This document shows, in pieces, positions 28,181 to 39,107 of a stretch of DNA of 64,000 bases. A program made the translations under genes and the position numbers. Source of the DNA: an uncultured Clostridia bacterium (lineage in GTDB: Bacteria; Bacillota; Clostridia; TANB77; CAG-508); the NCBI GenBank assembly GCA_910589185.1, contig CAJUSU010000003.1, positions 8,847-72,846 of the forward strand, given 5' to 3'. Numbering within the stretch: the first letter of the stretch is position 1; each line of letters opens with the position of its first letter. Under the pieces are notes generated by a model. It searched no databases. It saw nothing but the letters and a program-made list of their open reading frames with translations, and was not told the DNA's origin.

Positions 28181-29309
28181 TTAATTCTTATCATGTCTAA
28201 TATTTTTCTCATCTACTTCTATAACTTCCTCCGTTTTCACCCTAAAAATGTCTTTATATCCAATTGCTACAAATGCTATCACTAATAAAGCAAATGATAA
28301 TGCTTTCCAAATTCCACTTTCTAATAGAATAACTGCAAACATTCCTAAAGTAGCAGTAAGTCCATATAAAATGAAAACAGCTTGCTTTTGTGTATAGCCT
28401 TTTTTCATTAGTCTATGATGTAAATGCCCTTTATCTGCTTGAAATACTGCTTTAATTGATTTGCCTTTAATAATTCTTCTGACTATGGCATATAAGGTAT
28501 CAAAAATTGGAAAAGCAAGTACAATAATTGGAGCAATTAACACAATTGCTGTATACGTTTTGGCTACTCCGCAAAATAGAAATAATGGCTAGCGAAAAGC
28601 CTAAGAAATTAGAACCAGTATCTCCTATAAAAGTTCTTGCTGGGCTAAAGTTAAATGGTAAAAATCCTACAATTGCTCCACCTAATGCTGCAATTAAAAG
28701 TACTGCAATGAGTGGCGATTTGTTAAGAGTAAAGATAATTAACAATGAAAAACATGAAATCAAAGTAATTCCTGAAGATAAGCCATCTAAGCCATCAATT
28801 AAATTAATAGCATTGGTAATTCCAATAATCCAACAAATAGTAAGTCCACAAGAAAACCATTCATTTAAACCAATTTTGTCATCTAAAAATGGTAAATGAA
28901 CATTTTGAATACGAACTCCACAAGCAACTACTATAACTGCTGCAATAATTTGCATAATAAGTTTTACCCAACTTGGCACTCCCTTAGCATCATCAATAAA
29001 ACAAGTAATTCCTAATACGACAATACCAATAAAAAAGCCTAGCATTTTAAGCCAATATTGTTCTTCTCCAAACAAATCAACAGAATGTTCTAAATTCATC
29101 ACAATTAATAAATATACTGTTGATACCAAGAAACCACAAATAACAGCCACACCGCCTAGTCTTGGCATTGGTTTTTTATTGACTCTTCTATCATTTGGTA
29201 TATCTATTGCTCCTACCTTTTTTGCTAGTCTCATGGTATATGGTGTTAATACAAAAGCAGTAATAAACGCTAACAAAAATGCAATAGCGATGTCTCCCCA
29301 CATAGTCAT
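28181..29309 (-). pseudogene. tagO: TagO/WecA-family undecaprenyl-phosphate GlcNAc-1-phosphate transferase, frame-shifted near 28571
   Basis: Two overlapping ORFs (28500-29309 and 28181-28543) together form one MraY/WecA-like protein with motifs NAINLIDGLDGL, GDTGSNFLGF and PIFDTLYAIVRR. Removing one base from TTG-C-GGAGTAGCC restores ...SILGVAKTYTAIVLIAPII... Confidence 0.8.
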
Positions 29310-29339
29310 TCCTCCTCTTGCTTTCTATTTTTCTCTTTT

Positions 29340-30035
29340 TTAATGTAATACTTCTACGGGATAATCTATAAATAATCCACTTTCTATTACTCCTGTAATA
29401 GATTTAATATCTTCTTCTAATGTTTCATAAACTTCTACAAATTTTGCATCTAAAATTACATTATTATTTTCAGTAAATACTGGTCCATCTTTTTTCTCTG
29501 CTTTTCTCAAAGTACATTCTGTAAGCCCTAAATCTAATAGTGCTTCTTTCACACTACTAATTGCTTCTGGATATACTTCAATTGGAATTGGAAATTTCTC
29601 ATTTAGCTTGTCCACAAATTTGCTATCATCTACTAGAATATAGGTAATTCCACTGTTCACCATGTTTAGCTTTTCTTTAAACATGGCTGCTCCTCTACCT
29701 TTAATTAAAATATTATCTGTTTTAGATACTTCATCTGCACCATCAAATGCCCAATCTGGCTTTGCTTCTAAAATACTCACTGTTGGAATTTTTAATTCTT
29801 GACATAGCGCTTTTATTTCAAAAGAGGTTGGAATTGCTGTAATTTTTAAGTTTTCTTCTTCTATTCTTTTAGCAATCTCTTTTGCTGCTAAATAAGATGT
29901 AGAACCCGAACCAAAGCCTATCACATCTCCGTCTTTTGCTTTTTCTGCTACTTCTTTGGCTACTTTTTCTTTTTGTTCTTGGTTGCTAATTTTGTTTGGT
30001 TCAATTTCTTGCATAGAACTATTCATCCATTCCAT
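29340..30035 (-). CDS. rpiA: Ribose-5-phosphate isomerase A
   Basis: Motifs GFGSGST, FDGADEV and LIKGRGAAMFKEK. Confidence 0.9.
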   Translation of the reverse strand: MEWMNSSMQEIEPNKISNQEQKEKVAKEVAEKAKDGDVIGFGSGSTSYLAAKEIAKRIEEENLKITAIPTSFEIKALCQELKIPTVSILEAKPDWAFDGADEVSKTDNILIKGRGAAMFKEKLNMVNSGITYILVDDSKFVDKLNEKFPIPIEVYPEAISSVKEALLDLGLTECTLRKAEKKDGPVFTENNNVILDAKFVEVYETLEEDIKSITGVIESGLFIDYPVEVLH

Positions 30036-30189
30036 AATTTATCCTCACTTTATTCTATCAAATTTTGACTGTATTATATCATTACTATTGTTTGAAAGTA
30101 AAGGTAATTGGGAGAAAAAGCAAAAGAAAAAGAATAGTACAATATTATATAAAAGAATTTTTTAATAATTCATATAAAAGTCAAATTCA

Positions 30190-30225
30190 AATAAAAAAGG
30201 AATAAATCCTGTAAATTACAGGATC
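30190..30225 (-). terminator. Rho-independent terminator about 100 nt downstream of the NUDIX gene
   Basis: Stem ATCCTGT/ACAGGAT with a 5-nt loop, followed on the minus strand by TTATTCCTTTTTTATTT. Confidence 0.55.
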
Positions 30226-30330
30226 TACCCCTTAGAAGTAGTCTAATATAAATCAAACAGCATCTAACTCCTTTTGTTCAGTTTAGACTCATCTTTTTTG
30301 TCCCCAAAACAATGAATCTTCGTTTAGAAT

Positions 30331-31092
30331 TTAAATGAATCCTTCAAAGTCTCCTCTGTGTAACTTAGTAAAAAAACGTTGCAACAATAGTATTGTAACT
30401 TCAGCAAGGTCAAATCCTAAAAATGGTTTTTTCCCTTCTAAATAATCTTCCAACTCTTGTTCTATTCTTTCTACTGAATACCATTTATACCGAATACATT
30501 CATTTTCGTCCAAATTCTGTTGTGTCTTTTGTCCTACTCTAGCTACGAAAAGCTTTAGGGTTTCTGTAGAACAAGAAATGTGTAAATGTACAAACGGTTG
30601 CACTAACGGCTGTATCTCTTGTATCTCATAACCAATTTCTTCTTGTGCTTCGCGATAGGCACCCTCCTCCATAGTTTCGCCTTTTTCTATCAATCCAGCA
30701 GGTACTCCCCAGAAAAAGCGTGCATATTGTTTGCCGTCTACGGTCGCTGTTCTAGCACCTCTAGGCTCTAACACCATACAAGTTTCTATCTTTCCGTTTT
30801 TAGGATTTCTTCGAAGACAGAGAACGTGAACAGCTGGCTTAGAAAGCATCAAGTTAAAAGTAAAGTTGTGTAAAGTGCCATTTTTTTCACCAATTTCAGT
30901 ATACTCTGCTACATCAAATCTTTTTAATTTTTTAATTATCTTTTGACTCACTATTAACTGCCCATATTTCCGATAATAGTTCCAACTTGATCTCGGTGGA
31001 ATATATGGCTGTTGTCTCTTTTCCTCCTCGCATTCATTTGTTTCGTAAGCCACATAAGGAAACATGCTAAGTTCATTATTTTGTTTTTTCAT
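30331..31092 (-). CDS. NUDIX hydrolase with N-terminal extension
   Basis: Nudix box GLIEKGETMEEGAYREAQEEIGY; GGAGG RBS. Confidence 0.8.
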   Translation of the reverse strand: MKKQNNELSMFPYVAYETNECEEEKRQQPYIPPRSSWNYYRKYGQLIVSQKIIKKLKRFDVAEYTEIGEKNGTLHNFTFNLMLSKPAVHVLCLRRNPKNGKIETCMVLEPRGARTATVDGKQYARFFWGVPAGLIEKGETMEEGAYREAQEEIGYEIQEIQPLVQPFVHLHISCSTETLKLFVARVGQKTQQNLDENECIRYKWYSVERIEQELEDYLEGKKPFLGFDLAEVTILLLQRFFTKLHRGDFEGFI

Positions 31093-31253
31093 TGTAGTGC
31101 TCCTCCTAATTCAACTTAAATTTGGAATATTCTGCAAAACTTATATATTTATATTTTAACATATTTTATGTTAATTTTCAAGTTTCACTTGTTTTTTTCG
31201 ATTTCTATGGTAAAATATTGATTAAATTGTAAATGGAAGGAAATGATAATAAT

Positions 31254-32471
31254 ATGGCAGAAAAAAATGTATTTGATACTTTAATGGAAAGAGGTTATAT
31301 TGAACAAATAACCCATGAAGAATTAAAAGAAGTACTTGGAAAAGAAAGTGTTCCTTTTTATATTGGATTTGATCCTACTGCTGACAGTTTACATATTGGT
31401 CACTTTATTTCTTTAATGGTTGCCTCTCAAATGCAAAAAGCAGGTCATAAACCTATTATTCTAATTGGTGGTGGTACTGCAACTATTGGTGACCCATCTG
31501 GTAAAACAGATATGAGAAGAATGATGACACGTGAAGAAATTAATCACAATGTAGAATGCTTTAAAAAGCAAATGTCTAAATTTTTGAGTTTTGAAGGCGA
31601 CAATGCCGCTATTATTGTAAATAATGGTGATTGGCTTTTAAACTTAAACTTTGTAGAGTTTATGCGTGATATTGGTTCCCTATTCTCTGTGAATAAAATG
31701 CTTTCTGCAGAATGTTATAAACAAAGAATGGAACGTGGACTTACCTTTTTTGAATTAGGATATATGTTAATGCAGTCTTATGACTTTTTGCATTTATATG
31801 AAACTTATGGCTGTAAATTACAATTAGGCGGAAATGATCAATGGTCTAATATCTTAGGTGGTGTTGACCTAATTCGTAGAGTTGGTCATTCTGATTCTTT
31901 TGGTTTAACTTTCAAATTGTTAACCACCAAAGAAGGCAAGAAAATGGGTAAAACAGAAAAAGGTGCTTTATGGCTTGACCCTGAAAAGACTTCCCCATAT
32001 GAATTTTATCAATATTGGAGAAATATTGATGACGCAGATGTAAAAACTGTCTTATCATTAATTACTTTTCTACCAATGGAACAAATTAATGAATTATGCG
32101 CTCATCAAGATGAAAGAATGAATGAAGCTAAAAAAATAGCAGCCTTTGAAATTACCAAATTAATTCATGGTGAAGAAGAAGCAAAAAAAGCTGAAGAAGC
32201 AGCATCAGCCTTATTTGAAGGAAATGGTAGTTTAGATAACATGCCTACATCTAAAATAGAAAGTTTACCTATTTCTATTTTAGATGCTATGATACAAGTT
32301 GGATTTGCACCTTCTAAAGGTCAGGCAAGAATTTTAATTGAACAAGGTGGTATCTCTTTAAACGAAGAAAAAATAACCGAAACAACTTACCAATTATCTG
32401 AAAATGATTTTAAAGAAGGATATGCTATCTTGAAAAAAGGTAAAAAGGCATTTTACAAATTAGAAAAATAG
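31254..32471 (+). CDS. tyrS: Tyrosine--tRNA ligase
   Basis: HIGH motif (SLHIGHF), KMSKS-like motif KMGKT and a C-terminal S4-like domain. Start preferred at ATG 31254 ([18 protein letters not shown]); an in-frame ATG at 31233 lacks an RBS. Confidence 0.93.
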   Translation: MAEKNVFDTLMERGYIEQITHEELKEVLGKESVPFYIGFDPTADSLHIGHFISLMVASQMQKAGHKPIILIGGGTATIGDPSGKTDMRRMMTREEINHNVECFKKQMSKFLSFEGDNAAIIVNNGDWLLNLNFVEFMRDIGSLFSVNKMLSAECYKQRMERGLTFFELGYMLMQSYDFLHLYETYGCKLQLGGNDQWSNILGGVDLIRRVGHSDSFGLTFKLLTTKEGKKMGKTEKGALWLDPEKTSPYEFYQYWRNIDDADVKTVLSLITFLPMEQINELCAHQDERMNEAKKIAAFEITKLIHGEEEAKKAEEAASALFEGNGSLDNMPTSKIESLPISILDAMIQVGFAPSKGQARILIEQGGISLNEEKITETTYQLSENDFKEGYAILKKGKKAFYKLEK

Positions 32472-32498
32472 AAATACAAATGAAAGGATACAGATACT

Positions 32499-33605
32499 AT
32501 GACGAAAAATCAACTTGTTCCCGTTTCTGCAAAAAAACACAATGGCATTATTAGTTTTTGGAAATTTTGCTTTTGCATGTTAATTATCATTTTCCACGGT
32601 AATGTCTTTGCTGCTAACAGCGGAGAGGCTTTATTTTCTAAAGGTTCTATTGGAGTTGAGTTTTTCTTCTTAGTATCTGGTTTCTTATTGGCCAAGACAG
32701 CTTTTCGAAGAAATGAGCAAGAACCGAATACAGAAAACTTAGGAAAAGAAACTTTCCATTTCATTTGGAAAAAATATCTCTTCTTTCTCCCTTATGTTTT
32801 CTTTGCTGGTCTACTTAATTTAATTTTGCAAAATGTTTGCGGTAATATAGATTTATCCCAAAATGTACTTTCTATTTTAGATATGTTATTACTACGCATG
32901 ACAGGATTAAAAGTCAATGTCATTATTGGACAAGTTTGGTATATTTCTGCTATGTTATTATCTATGATGATATTATATCCTTTACTTCGAAAATATAAGA
33001 AAAATTATCTTTATTTGGTTGCTCCTTTAGTGATATTACTTGGCTTCGGTTGGCTTGTTCATAGTAATGGCAGTTTAAGAACCCCAGAAAAATGGCTTGG
33101 CTTTGCATATAAAGGTCTAATTAGAGGCTTTTTGGAGTTGAATTTAGGCTGTATTTTATATTTGCTTTGTCAAAAGTTAAAAAATATTACATTTACTAAA
33201 TTAGGAAAAATCTTTATCACATTAATAGAAATTGGTGGATTCGTTTTGCCTTTTCTAACCTCTCAATTTCTTTCAAGCACTAAAGCAGATATTTTTTTAC
33301 TTGCCTTTTTGGCACTTTCTATTTTATTAGCATTTAGTGAAAAGACTTTAGAATTTAATTTGTTTAATCATAAAATATTTTTCTGGTTAGAAAAATTTAG
33401 TTTGCCATTATATATCTGTAATATTTTAGCTAGGGATTTTGTTAAAAATATTAATATTTTTAACTCCCTATCCTATTATCCAAAACTTGGCGTATACTTG
33501 GTAATCAATTTTGTACTTGCTCTCATTTGTATGTATTTCATTTCTTTTTTACAAAAGTTACATCTAGTAGAACATCTAAAAAAACTAATAATTAAAGAAG
33601 AATAG
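32499..33605 (+). CDS. Acyltransferase family 3 membrane protein (O-acyltransferase)
   Basis: About 10 TM segments, with N-terminal FCMLIIIFHG and GVEFFFLVSGFLL typical of Acyl_transf_3. Confidence 0.8.
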   Translation: MTKNQLVPVSAKKHNGIISFWKFCFCMLIIIFHGNVFAANSGEALFSKGSIGVEFFFLVSGFLLAKTAFRRNEQEPNTENLGKETFHFIWKKYLFFLPYVFFAGLLNLILQNVCGNIDLSQNVLSILDMLLLRMTGLKVNVIIGQVWYISAMLLSMMILYPLLRKYKKNYLYLVAPLVILLGFGWLVHSNGSLRTPEKWLGFAYKGLIRGFLELNLGCILYLLCQKLKNITFTKLGKIFITLIEIGGFVLPFLTSQFLSSTKADIFLLAFLALSILLAFSEKTLEFNLFNHKIFFWLEKFSLPLYICNILARDFVKNINIFNSLSYYPKLGVYLVINFVLALICMYFISFLQKLHLVEHLKKLIIKEE

Positions 33606-33610
33606 AAAAA

Positions 33611-36340
33611 TCAATATTTTTCTATTCTTCTCTTTTCTAAAACCGCAACAACTATAAAAGCCACAACACCTATACTTGTACAAATTATACCTAATTTCAA
33701 ATATGGTACTTCATACGTTAAATAGATTTCATGTTGCCCTGCTTTTACTGGAATTCCTATAAAAGCTGTATTAACATTAATTGTATCTACTCTTTCTCCA
33801 TCTACATATGCTTTCCAACCAGTAGTATAACTTGATGTTATTTGTAGAACTGCATCTTCACTTAAGTTAATCTTTCCGCTGATTTCTCGATTATTGCATT
33901 TTAATTCTTTCAATTCATTTTGCTGTAATCTCTGAATTGTATTTTCATAATTATCCATAGAAACTGCAACTACTTGTATATCCTTAAAGCAATAAACTCC
34001 TTTTGTACTAAAAGTTAACTCTATTTTTCCCTCTGCATTGTCATAATATCCAAGATTCAACAATATTTCTGGTACTTTTTGGTAATAAGGTGAAGTAATT
34101 TTATTATTAATTACCCTACTTGCCATTTTATTTTTAAACTTTGCTGTTACTGTATGCTTTTTAGTATCCATAAATTCAAACCCAGAAATATAAACATATA
34201 ATTCAGAATTTTCTATATTGTCTATTTCTATTTCAATACTTTGCTTATCTTTCTTAGTAACAACTTGTTTTCTATTTTCTTTTTGAGTTACAATATTCTC
34301 TTTATCTATTAATCTATATGGAATATTTTGATAACAGTCTCGAATATCCCTTATGTCTTTTTTTTCTTTTAATTTAACATCTTTTATTTCTTCTTTACTA
34401 TCAACAACCGCTACTTTTAAGATTGCATCTTCTTTTTCAATTGGATTTAACTTTTCATAATTTTCTTTTAACATATAGTTGTTATAGCAAACACCAATAG
34501 AAAGTGGATACTTATTTTGATAAATCTTTTTTCCTTCTTTCTCTTGAAGCAAAGTATATCCATAAGGAACATATTTCTGATTTTTCTCATCTACTACATA
34601 ATATTTATTTCCCAATAGACTTGTTATTTTAGTTCTATCTGCAAAACCTCTTACATTCATCGTAGTAGAATATTTATTATCCGCCAGCTCTCTACTTAGA
34701 TTGTATACATATTTACTTCCTAATGATAAGAAACACTCAATTGATGGATAGTTGTAATAAATAGAATAATTTGCTAATTCATGTGGTAACTTCGAAATAC
34801 GATAAAATTCTTTATCTTTCTCTAAAACCTCTTGAATATTTTGAGAATAATCTTGGTTCTTTCCTCTTTGTGTTTTTATTTTTTCTTCAACCTGACCTAA
34901 TTTAATAAACTCCTTTGCATATTCCCTATCAAAAGAACTATAAAGTCCATATGACATTATTCCAATATTACTAATTACCAATAATAATATAATTATTTTA
35001 AAAATATTTGCTCTACATTTCAGCCAAAAGGAAATTTTCCTATTGTTTTTTAAAACGATAACAATATACATTAAAAGAGCAATCACAATTTGTATGAAAT
35101 AAAGCATCTGTACTGATGTTCTCATTTTACTGATTAATACAATACTAATTCCTATAATGCTATATAGTGCATAAAATGCTCCCATACTTATTAATTCTTT
35201 TTTAGTATAATTTTCTTCTAAACAAGACATCACAATATAGGCTAAAATAAAGCTATACATGAATGACCAGCGATTGCTCGGAAAAGAAAATCCATTCATC
35301 AAAGAGCCGATAAAAGGCATTAATAGCATTATTGTAGTAACTAGGAAATAGATTAAGTAAATCTTATGTTCCTTTTTTCTTAACCATAAAACCGGTAACA
35401 TTAATAAAATAATAGAAGATACACCTATTGCGCTCCAATTATTATCATTTACGGTTAATAAATTAATAGTAAATATATTTTGATAATACTCTTCATTATA
35501 TTGACATAATGTTTTTTCACCACTTCTCGCTGAGTTGATAAACGAGTGAATGGTAGGCATTAAAATAATTCCTGCAATCAAAATTCCTATAACATAACAC
35601 AAAATTGCCGAGCCTAGCTTTTTGAAAAAATGCTTTGCTCCTTCTTTTCTATACTCACAAATATATTGAATAATTGCATAAATAACTATCATAATAGTAT
35701 GCATATAAAAGAAGTAATAATTAGATATAGCTGATAATGCAATAAAAATAATGAAAGGAATTTTTTTATTCTCCCTAAATAATTTATCTACTCCTAATAA
35801 AAGCAAAGGAAATAATATCATGGCATTTAAAAAGTAAGGATGTCTTACCCCAGCATATATACTGTATGCTGAAAAAGTATATATTAAAGCACCTATTAAT
35901 ATATTATAAAACTTCTTTTCTGCGTTTTCGCTTTTTTGCAAATGATATTTGCTATAAGTAATAAAAGCAATACCTATACAAAATAAACGAAGAATAATCA
36001 GTAAATTATAAGTCATCTCTAAATGTTGCATAGGAAATAATAAGCTTATATAGGCAAATGGATCACCTAAAACATAATAAGAATACTGCCCTATAACATC
36101 TAGTCCTAATCCCATATTCCATGAAAACAAGTCAAGTCCTTCACTAGGATTTGACAAAAAATCTCTAACCTTTTCATTAAAATCTTTTAAAATAATATAA
36201 TGTTGCTTTAATCCATCATCTTGCCAAACAAAACTACGTTTATTGATTATAAAAACAGAAAATACAATACATGCTGTTAGTATAAAGAGAATAGCATATA
36301 TCCAATATATCTTCGTCTTATCATTAAAAATTTTATGCAC
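33611..36340 (-). CDS. yfhO: YfhO-family membrane glycosyltransferase
   Basis: 909 aa. The N-terminus (SFVWQDDGLKQHYIILKDF) plus many TM segments and a large C-terminal extracytoplasmic domain match the YfhO architecture. Confidence 0.8.
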   Translation of the reverse strand: MHKIFNDKTKIYWIYAILFILTACIVFSVFIINKRSFVWQDDGLKQHYIILKDFNEKVRDFLSNPSEGLDLFSWNMGLGLDVIGQYSYYVLGDPFAYISLLFPMQHLEMTYNLLIILRLFCIGIAFITYSKYHLQKSENAEKKFYNILIGALIYTFSAYSIYAGVRHPYFLNAMILFPLLLLGVDKLFRENKKIPFIIFIALSAISNYYFFYMHTIMIVIYAIIQYICEYRKEGAKHFFKKLGSAILCYVIGILIAGIILMPTIHSFINSARSGEKTLCQYNEEYYQNIFTINLLTVNDNNWSAIGVSSIILLMLPVLWLRKKEHKIYLIYFLVTTIMLLMPFIGSLMNGFSFPSNRWSFMYSFILAYIVMSCLEENYTKKELISMGAFYALYSIIGISIVLISKMRTSVQMLYFIQIVIALLMYIVIVLKNNRKISFWLKCRANIFKIIILLLVISNIGIMSYGLYSSFDREYAKEFIKLGQVEEKIKTQRGKNQDYSQNIQEVLEKDKEFYRISKLPHELANYSIYYNYPSIECFLSLGSKYVYNLSRELADNKYSTTMNVRGFADRTKITSLLGNKYYVVDEKNQKYVPYGYTLLQEKEGKKIYQNKYPLSIGVCYNNYMLKENYEKLNPIEKEDAILKVAVVDSKEEIKDVKLKEKKDIRDIRDCYQNIPYRLIDKENIVTQKENRKQVVTKKDKQSIEIEIDNIENSELYVYISGFEFMDTKKHTVTAKFKNKMASRVINNKITSPYYQKVPEILLNLGYYDNAEGKIELTFSTKGVYCFKDIQVVAVSMDNYENTIQRLQQNELKELKCNNREISGKINLSEDAVLQITSSYTTGWKAYVDGERVDTINVNTAFIGIPVKAGQHEIYLTYEVPYLKLGIICTSIGVVAFIVVAVLEKRRIEKY

Positions 36341-36360
36341 TTTCTGTCACCAAGTCCCTT

Positions 36361-37482
36361 CTAAATAATGCTAAATATAAAATCTACTATCTTTTCTGTC
36401 GTGTTTTCTATATTTTCTATGTATTTTTCTCTAAAGGCTCGTAATTTTTCTTTATTATATTCTCCCTTTTCTATTGCAGCTATAATTGGATCTATTGTTT
36501 TACTTACTACCCCTGGTAACTCCTTTTGATAATCAATTGTTAAACCTCTGGTATCTAAATACTTTTGTAAATCAAAGGCATAGAAATATAAGGGAATTTC
36601 TAAGATAGCTGCTTCATAAATAATACAACTATAATCACTAATCACATAATCTGCAACCATTAGCATATCCATAGTAGAAAATTCTTTATCATTGATAATA
36701 TTATTTTCTGTTATCTCTACTTTACTTAGTGGATGTAATTTTAAGATAAGATTGTATTTCTCTTTATCTATCTTTTCTATTATCTCTTTTACTTTTTTAT
36801 TAAAGTCTTCCTCATTCTTTCGGAAAGTTGGACAATATACAATATTCTTTTTTACCTTTATTTCTGGATATCTTTCTTCTATTTTGCTTCTTGTTTCTTC
36901 TTTGTAAGTTTTACTTGTTAACAAATCTACTCTAGGAAGCGAAAAAATCTGTATCTTATCCATTCCACAGTTGAAGCCTTCTTCTAATAAACTAGCATAT
37001 GCTTTTCCACTTGCAAAAACATAAGTATAATTCTTATGCATCTTCATAGAATTTGCTATTTTACTAGAAGATCCCTCTTCTTTATCCAAAATTTGATACC
37101 CAAATTTCTTCATAGTTCCCATAGAATGCCACATTTGAATTACTTTTAAATTCTTTTTATGTTTTAGTACACTGATCAAGATACAATAAGAATCTAACAC
37201 TACAATTTTAGAAGTAGCAATATGATACATTTGTCGAACACAGTGAAAAGCATATCCTACTTTATTCTTCAAGTTTGCCTTTGCTCCACCTTTCAATTCT
37301 TTGCATAATACCACTACTTTATATTCTGGCGATTTTTCTATTATCTTCTTTTCTAGCAACATAAAATCTACTGTTTTTTTATTTGACTGTCTACTAATCA
37401 TAGTAATCTTCTTTTTGGTTGGTAATAACTTAAAAAAACAATAAATCAAATTTGCTCCAAATATGAATATCTTTTTTATCAT
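36361..37482 (-). CDS. CDP-glycerol glycerophosphotransferase family protein (TagB/TarB-like)
   Basis: Size and motifs WHSMGTMKKFG, YCPTFR and KLHP, followed by DYSCIIYEA, are characteristic of the TagB/TagF family. Confidence 0.8.
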   Translation of the reverse strand: MIKKIFIFGANLIYCFFKLLPTKKKITMISRQSNKKTVDFMLLEKKIIEKSPEYKVVVLCKELKGGAKANLKNKVGYAFHCVRQMYHIATSKIVVLDSYCILISVLKHKKNLKVIQMWHSMGTMKKFGYQILDKEEGSSSKIANSMKMHKNYTYVFASGKAYASLLEEGFNCGMDKIQIFSLPRVDLLTSKTYKEETRSKIEERYPEIKVKKNIVYCPTFRKNEEDFNKKVKEIIEKIDKEKYNLILKLHPLSKVEITENNIINDKEFSTMDMLMVADYVISDYSCIIYEAAILEIPLYFYAFDLQKYLDTRGLTIDYQKELPGVVSKTIDPIIAAIEKGEYNKEKLRAFREKYIENIENTTEKIVDFIFSII

Positions 37483-39080
37483 TCTTTTCCCTTTAAAATA
37501 ATATTATCAATAATTAAATCAGAAGCCATTTTCTGATTTTCTACTTGCACAGTTTCTTTTGCTTTCATTTCCAATTTTTCTAACTGTTCTAATAATTCCT
37601 CTAATGTACAGCATACAGTTGCAAATTCATATTCTCTTACATTTTTATGCACTCTATTAATCAATTGATAATCATCTAAATCAAAAGTGTATAATAAAAT
37701 TGGCTTCTTTAATTTGCTATATTCATAAACACTAGAAGAATAATCTGTGATTAATACATCTGCTATATAATACAAATCATTAATATCTGTGTATGCACTA
37801 AAGTCTTGAATATACTCTGCATACTCCTTCGGTATTTCTATTCGTTCTTGGATAAACGGATGCATTTTTATCATAAAAATTGCATTTTTTTGTTTACATA
37901 TTTCATAAATCTTCGATAAATCCAGTTTATCATAAGGATAATATGCTTTTGCTTGTCTTCTTCCTCTAAAAGTTGGTGCAAATAAAATTACCTTTTTTTC
38001 CTTTAAGTTTGGAAATTTCTCATATAAATTTTCTTTAATTTTTTCTATCTTCTCTTTGTCGAAAAAGTGGTCCATTCTAGCAAGTCCATAAGGTAATATC
38101 TTCTCTTTTGTAATGCCGAATACTTCTTCATATACTGGAATTAATTCTTCTTCACCAACAATCGCATAATCATATTTCCTATGGCTACTTTGATATGGCT
38201 CTGGACCTCCAAAGCCAAATCTTGCATACCCAACCGACTTAAATCCAACACCTGCATGCCACACTTGAATTAGTTTAGTTTTAGGACTAATATCAATATA
38301 CTTAAATATTGGTGAATAATCATCTACAAATATAAATTCTTGTTTAGACATTATCCAAATTAGCTTAAGCCATTTTGAAATAATATGCCATTTACTTTCT
38401 TGCAATGTTGTTGAAAAGGAATAGCTTATTTTATAATCTTTGTCAATATTTCTTTCTTTTAACCTCTGATCTAACGCCAACAAATTCCCACTCATAGGAG
38501 CTCTTGTTTCTGACATAAGTAAAATCTTTTTGCTTTTATTTGGATGCAAAAAGCTAAAAAATCGATACAAAATCTTCATAGTATTTGCCATAAAGTTAAA
38601 AGTAGTATCTTTTAAAATGCTTTTTACACTTTTATTAGAAAAACAATGTTTTCTAGGATTTTTATTCAATTTCATATACCTAGATATTAATACACAACCT
38701 AGTTGTTCATTTTCTAATTTTCTCACTTCAAAATTAATGGTATATGCATAAATATCGCGATAATATCTATAGATTTTTCCTAAACTTTCTAATCGATATG
38801 CAAGCGCATAGTCAATGGTTAAATCCTCATACCCTTCTTCTTTTTTTATCTGGAATCGGTAATTTTGGTTTTCTAACATTTTTCCATCTATATTGGTTAT
38901 ATTAATTTTAGCATGATATTGATACTGTATTTCTGTTTTTTCTAAAGGTATGCAATATTGCTCTTTCCCAGAAACTAAGTAAATTTGTTGTGCTTCTTCA
39001 TATAGTTTAAAAGTAATATTTAGAAATATTCTTTCCCAATAAATATCTATTATGCAATTCTTGTTTACTTGGTTTTCCAT
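37479..39080 (-). CDS. CDP-alditol phosphotransferase, TagF/TarL-like teichoic acid polymerase
   Basis: Motifs WHAGVGFKSVGY, FAPTFRG, KMHPF and TDYSSSVYEY. Confidence 0.8.
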   Translation of the reverse strand: MENQVNKNCIIDIYWERIFLNITFKLYEEAQQIYLVSGKEQYCIPLEKTEIQYQYHAKINITNIDGKMLENQNYRFQIKKEEGYEDLTIDYALAYRLESLGKIYRYYRDIYAYTINFEVRKLENEQLGCVLISRYMKLNKNPRKHCFSNKSVKSILKDTTFNFMANTMKILYRFFSFLHPNKSKKILLMSETRAPMSGNLLALDQRLKERNIDKDYKISYSFSTTLQESKWHIISKWLKLIWIMSKQEFIFVDDYSPIFKYIDISPKTKLIQVWHAGVGFKSVGYARFGFGGPEPYQSSHRKYDYAIVGEEELIPVYEEVFGITKEKILPYGLARMDHFFDKEKIEKIKENLYEKFPNLKEKKVILFAPTFRGRRQAKAYYPYDKLDLSKIYEICKQKNAIFMIKMHPFIQERIEIPKEYAEYIQDFSAYTDINDLYYIADVLITDYSSSVYEYSKLKKPILLYTFDLDDYQLINRVHKNVREYEFATVCCTLEELLEQLEKLEMKAKETVQVENQKMASDLIIDNIILKGKE

Positions 39081-39107
39081 TACTACTCCTTTTCTATGTA
39101 GTAGAAG

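Noticed and set aside
28528-28899. A 123-aa plus-strand ORF at the tagO frameshift locus, and similarly a 118-aa ORF at 44941-45297 at tagG.
   Set aside because: Both are antisense shadows. The minus-strand frames carry clear family motifs.
30226-30330. The ~100-nt stretch between the NUDIX stop and its terminator. It contains an AGTCTAA/TTAGACT inverted repeat and a 6-codon mini-ORF (AAGGAG-N5-ATGCTGTTTGATTTATATTAG).
   Set aside because: The stem encloses a 33-nt loop, no known riboswitch or leader logic applies in a 3' UTR, and the mini-ORF is too short to support.
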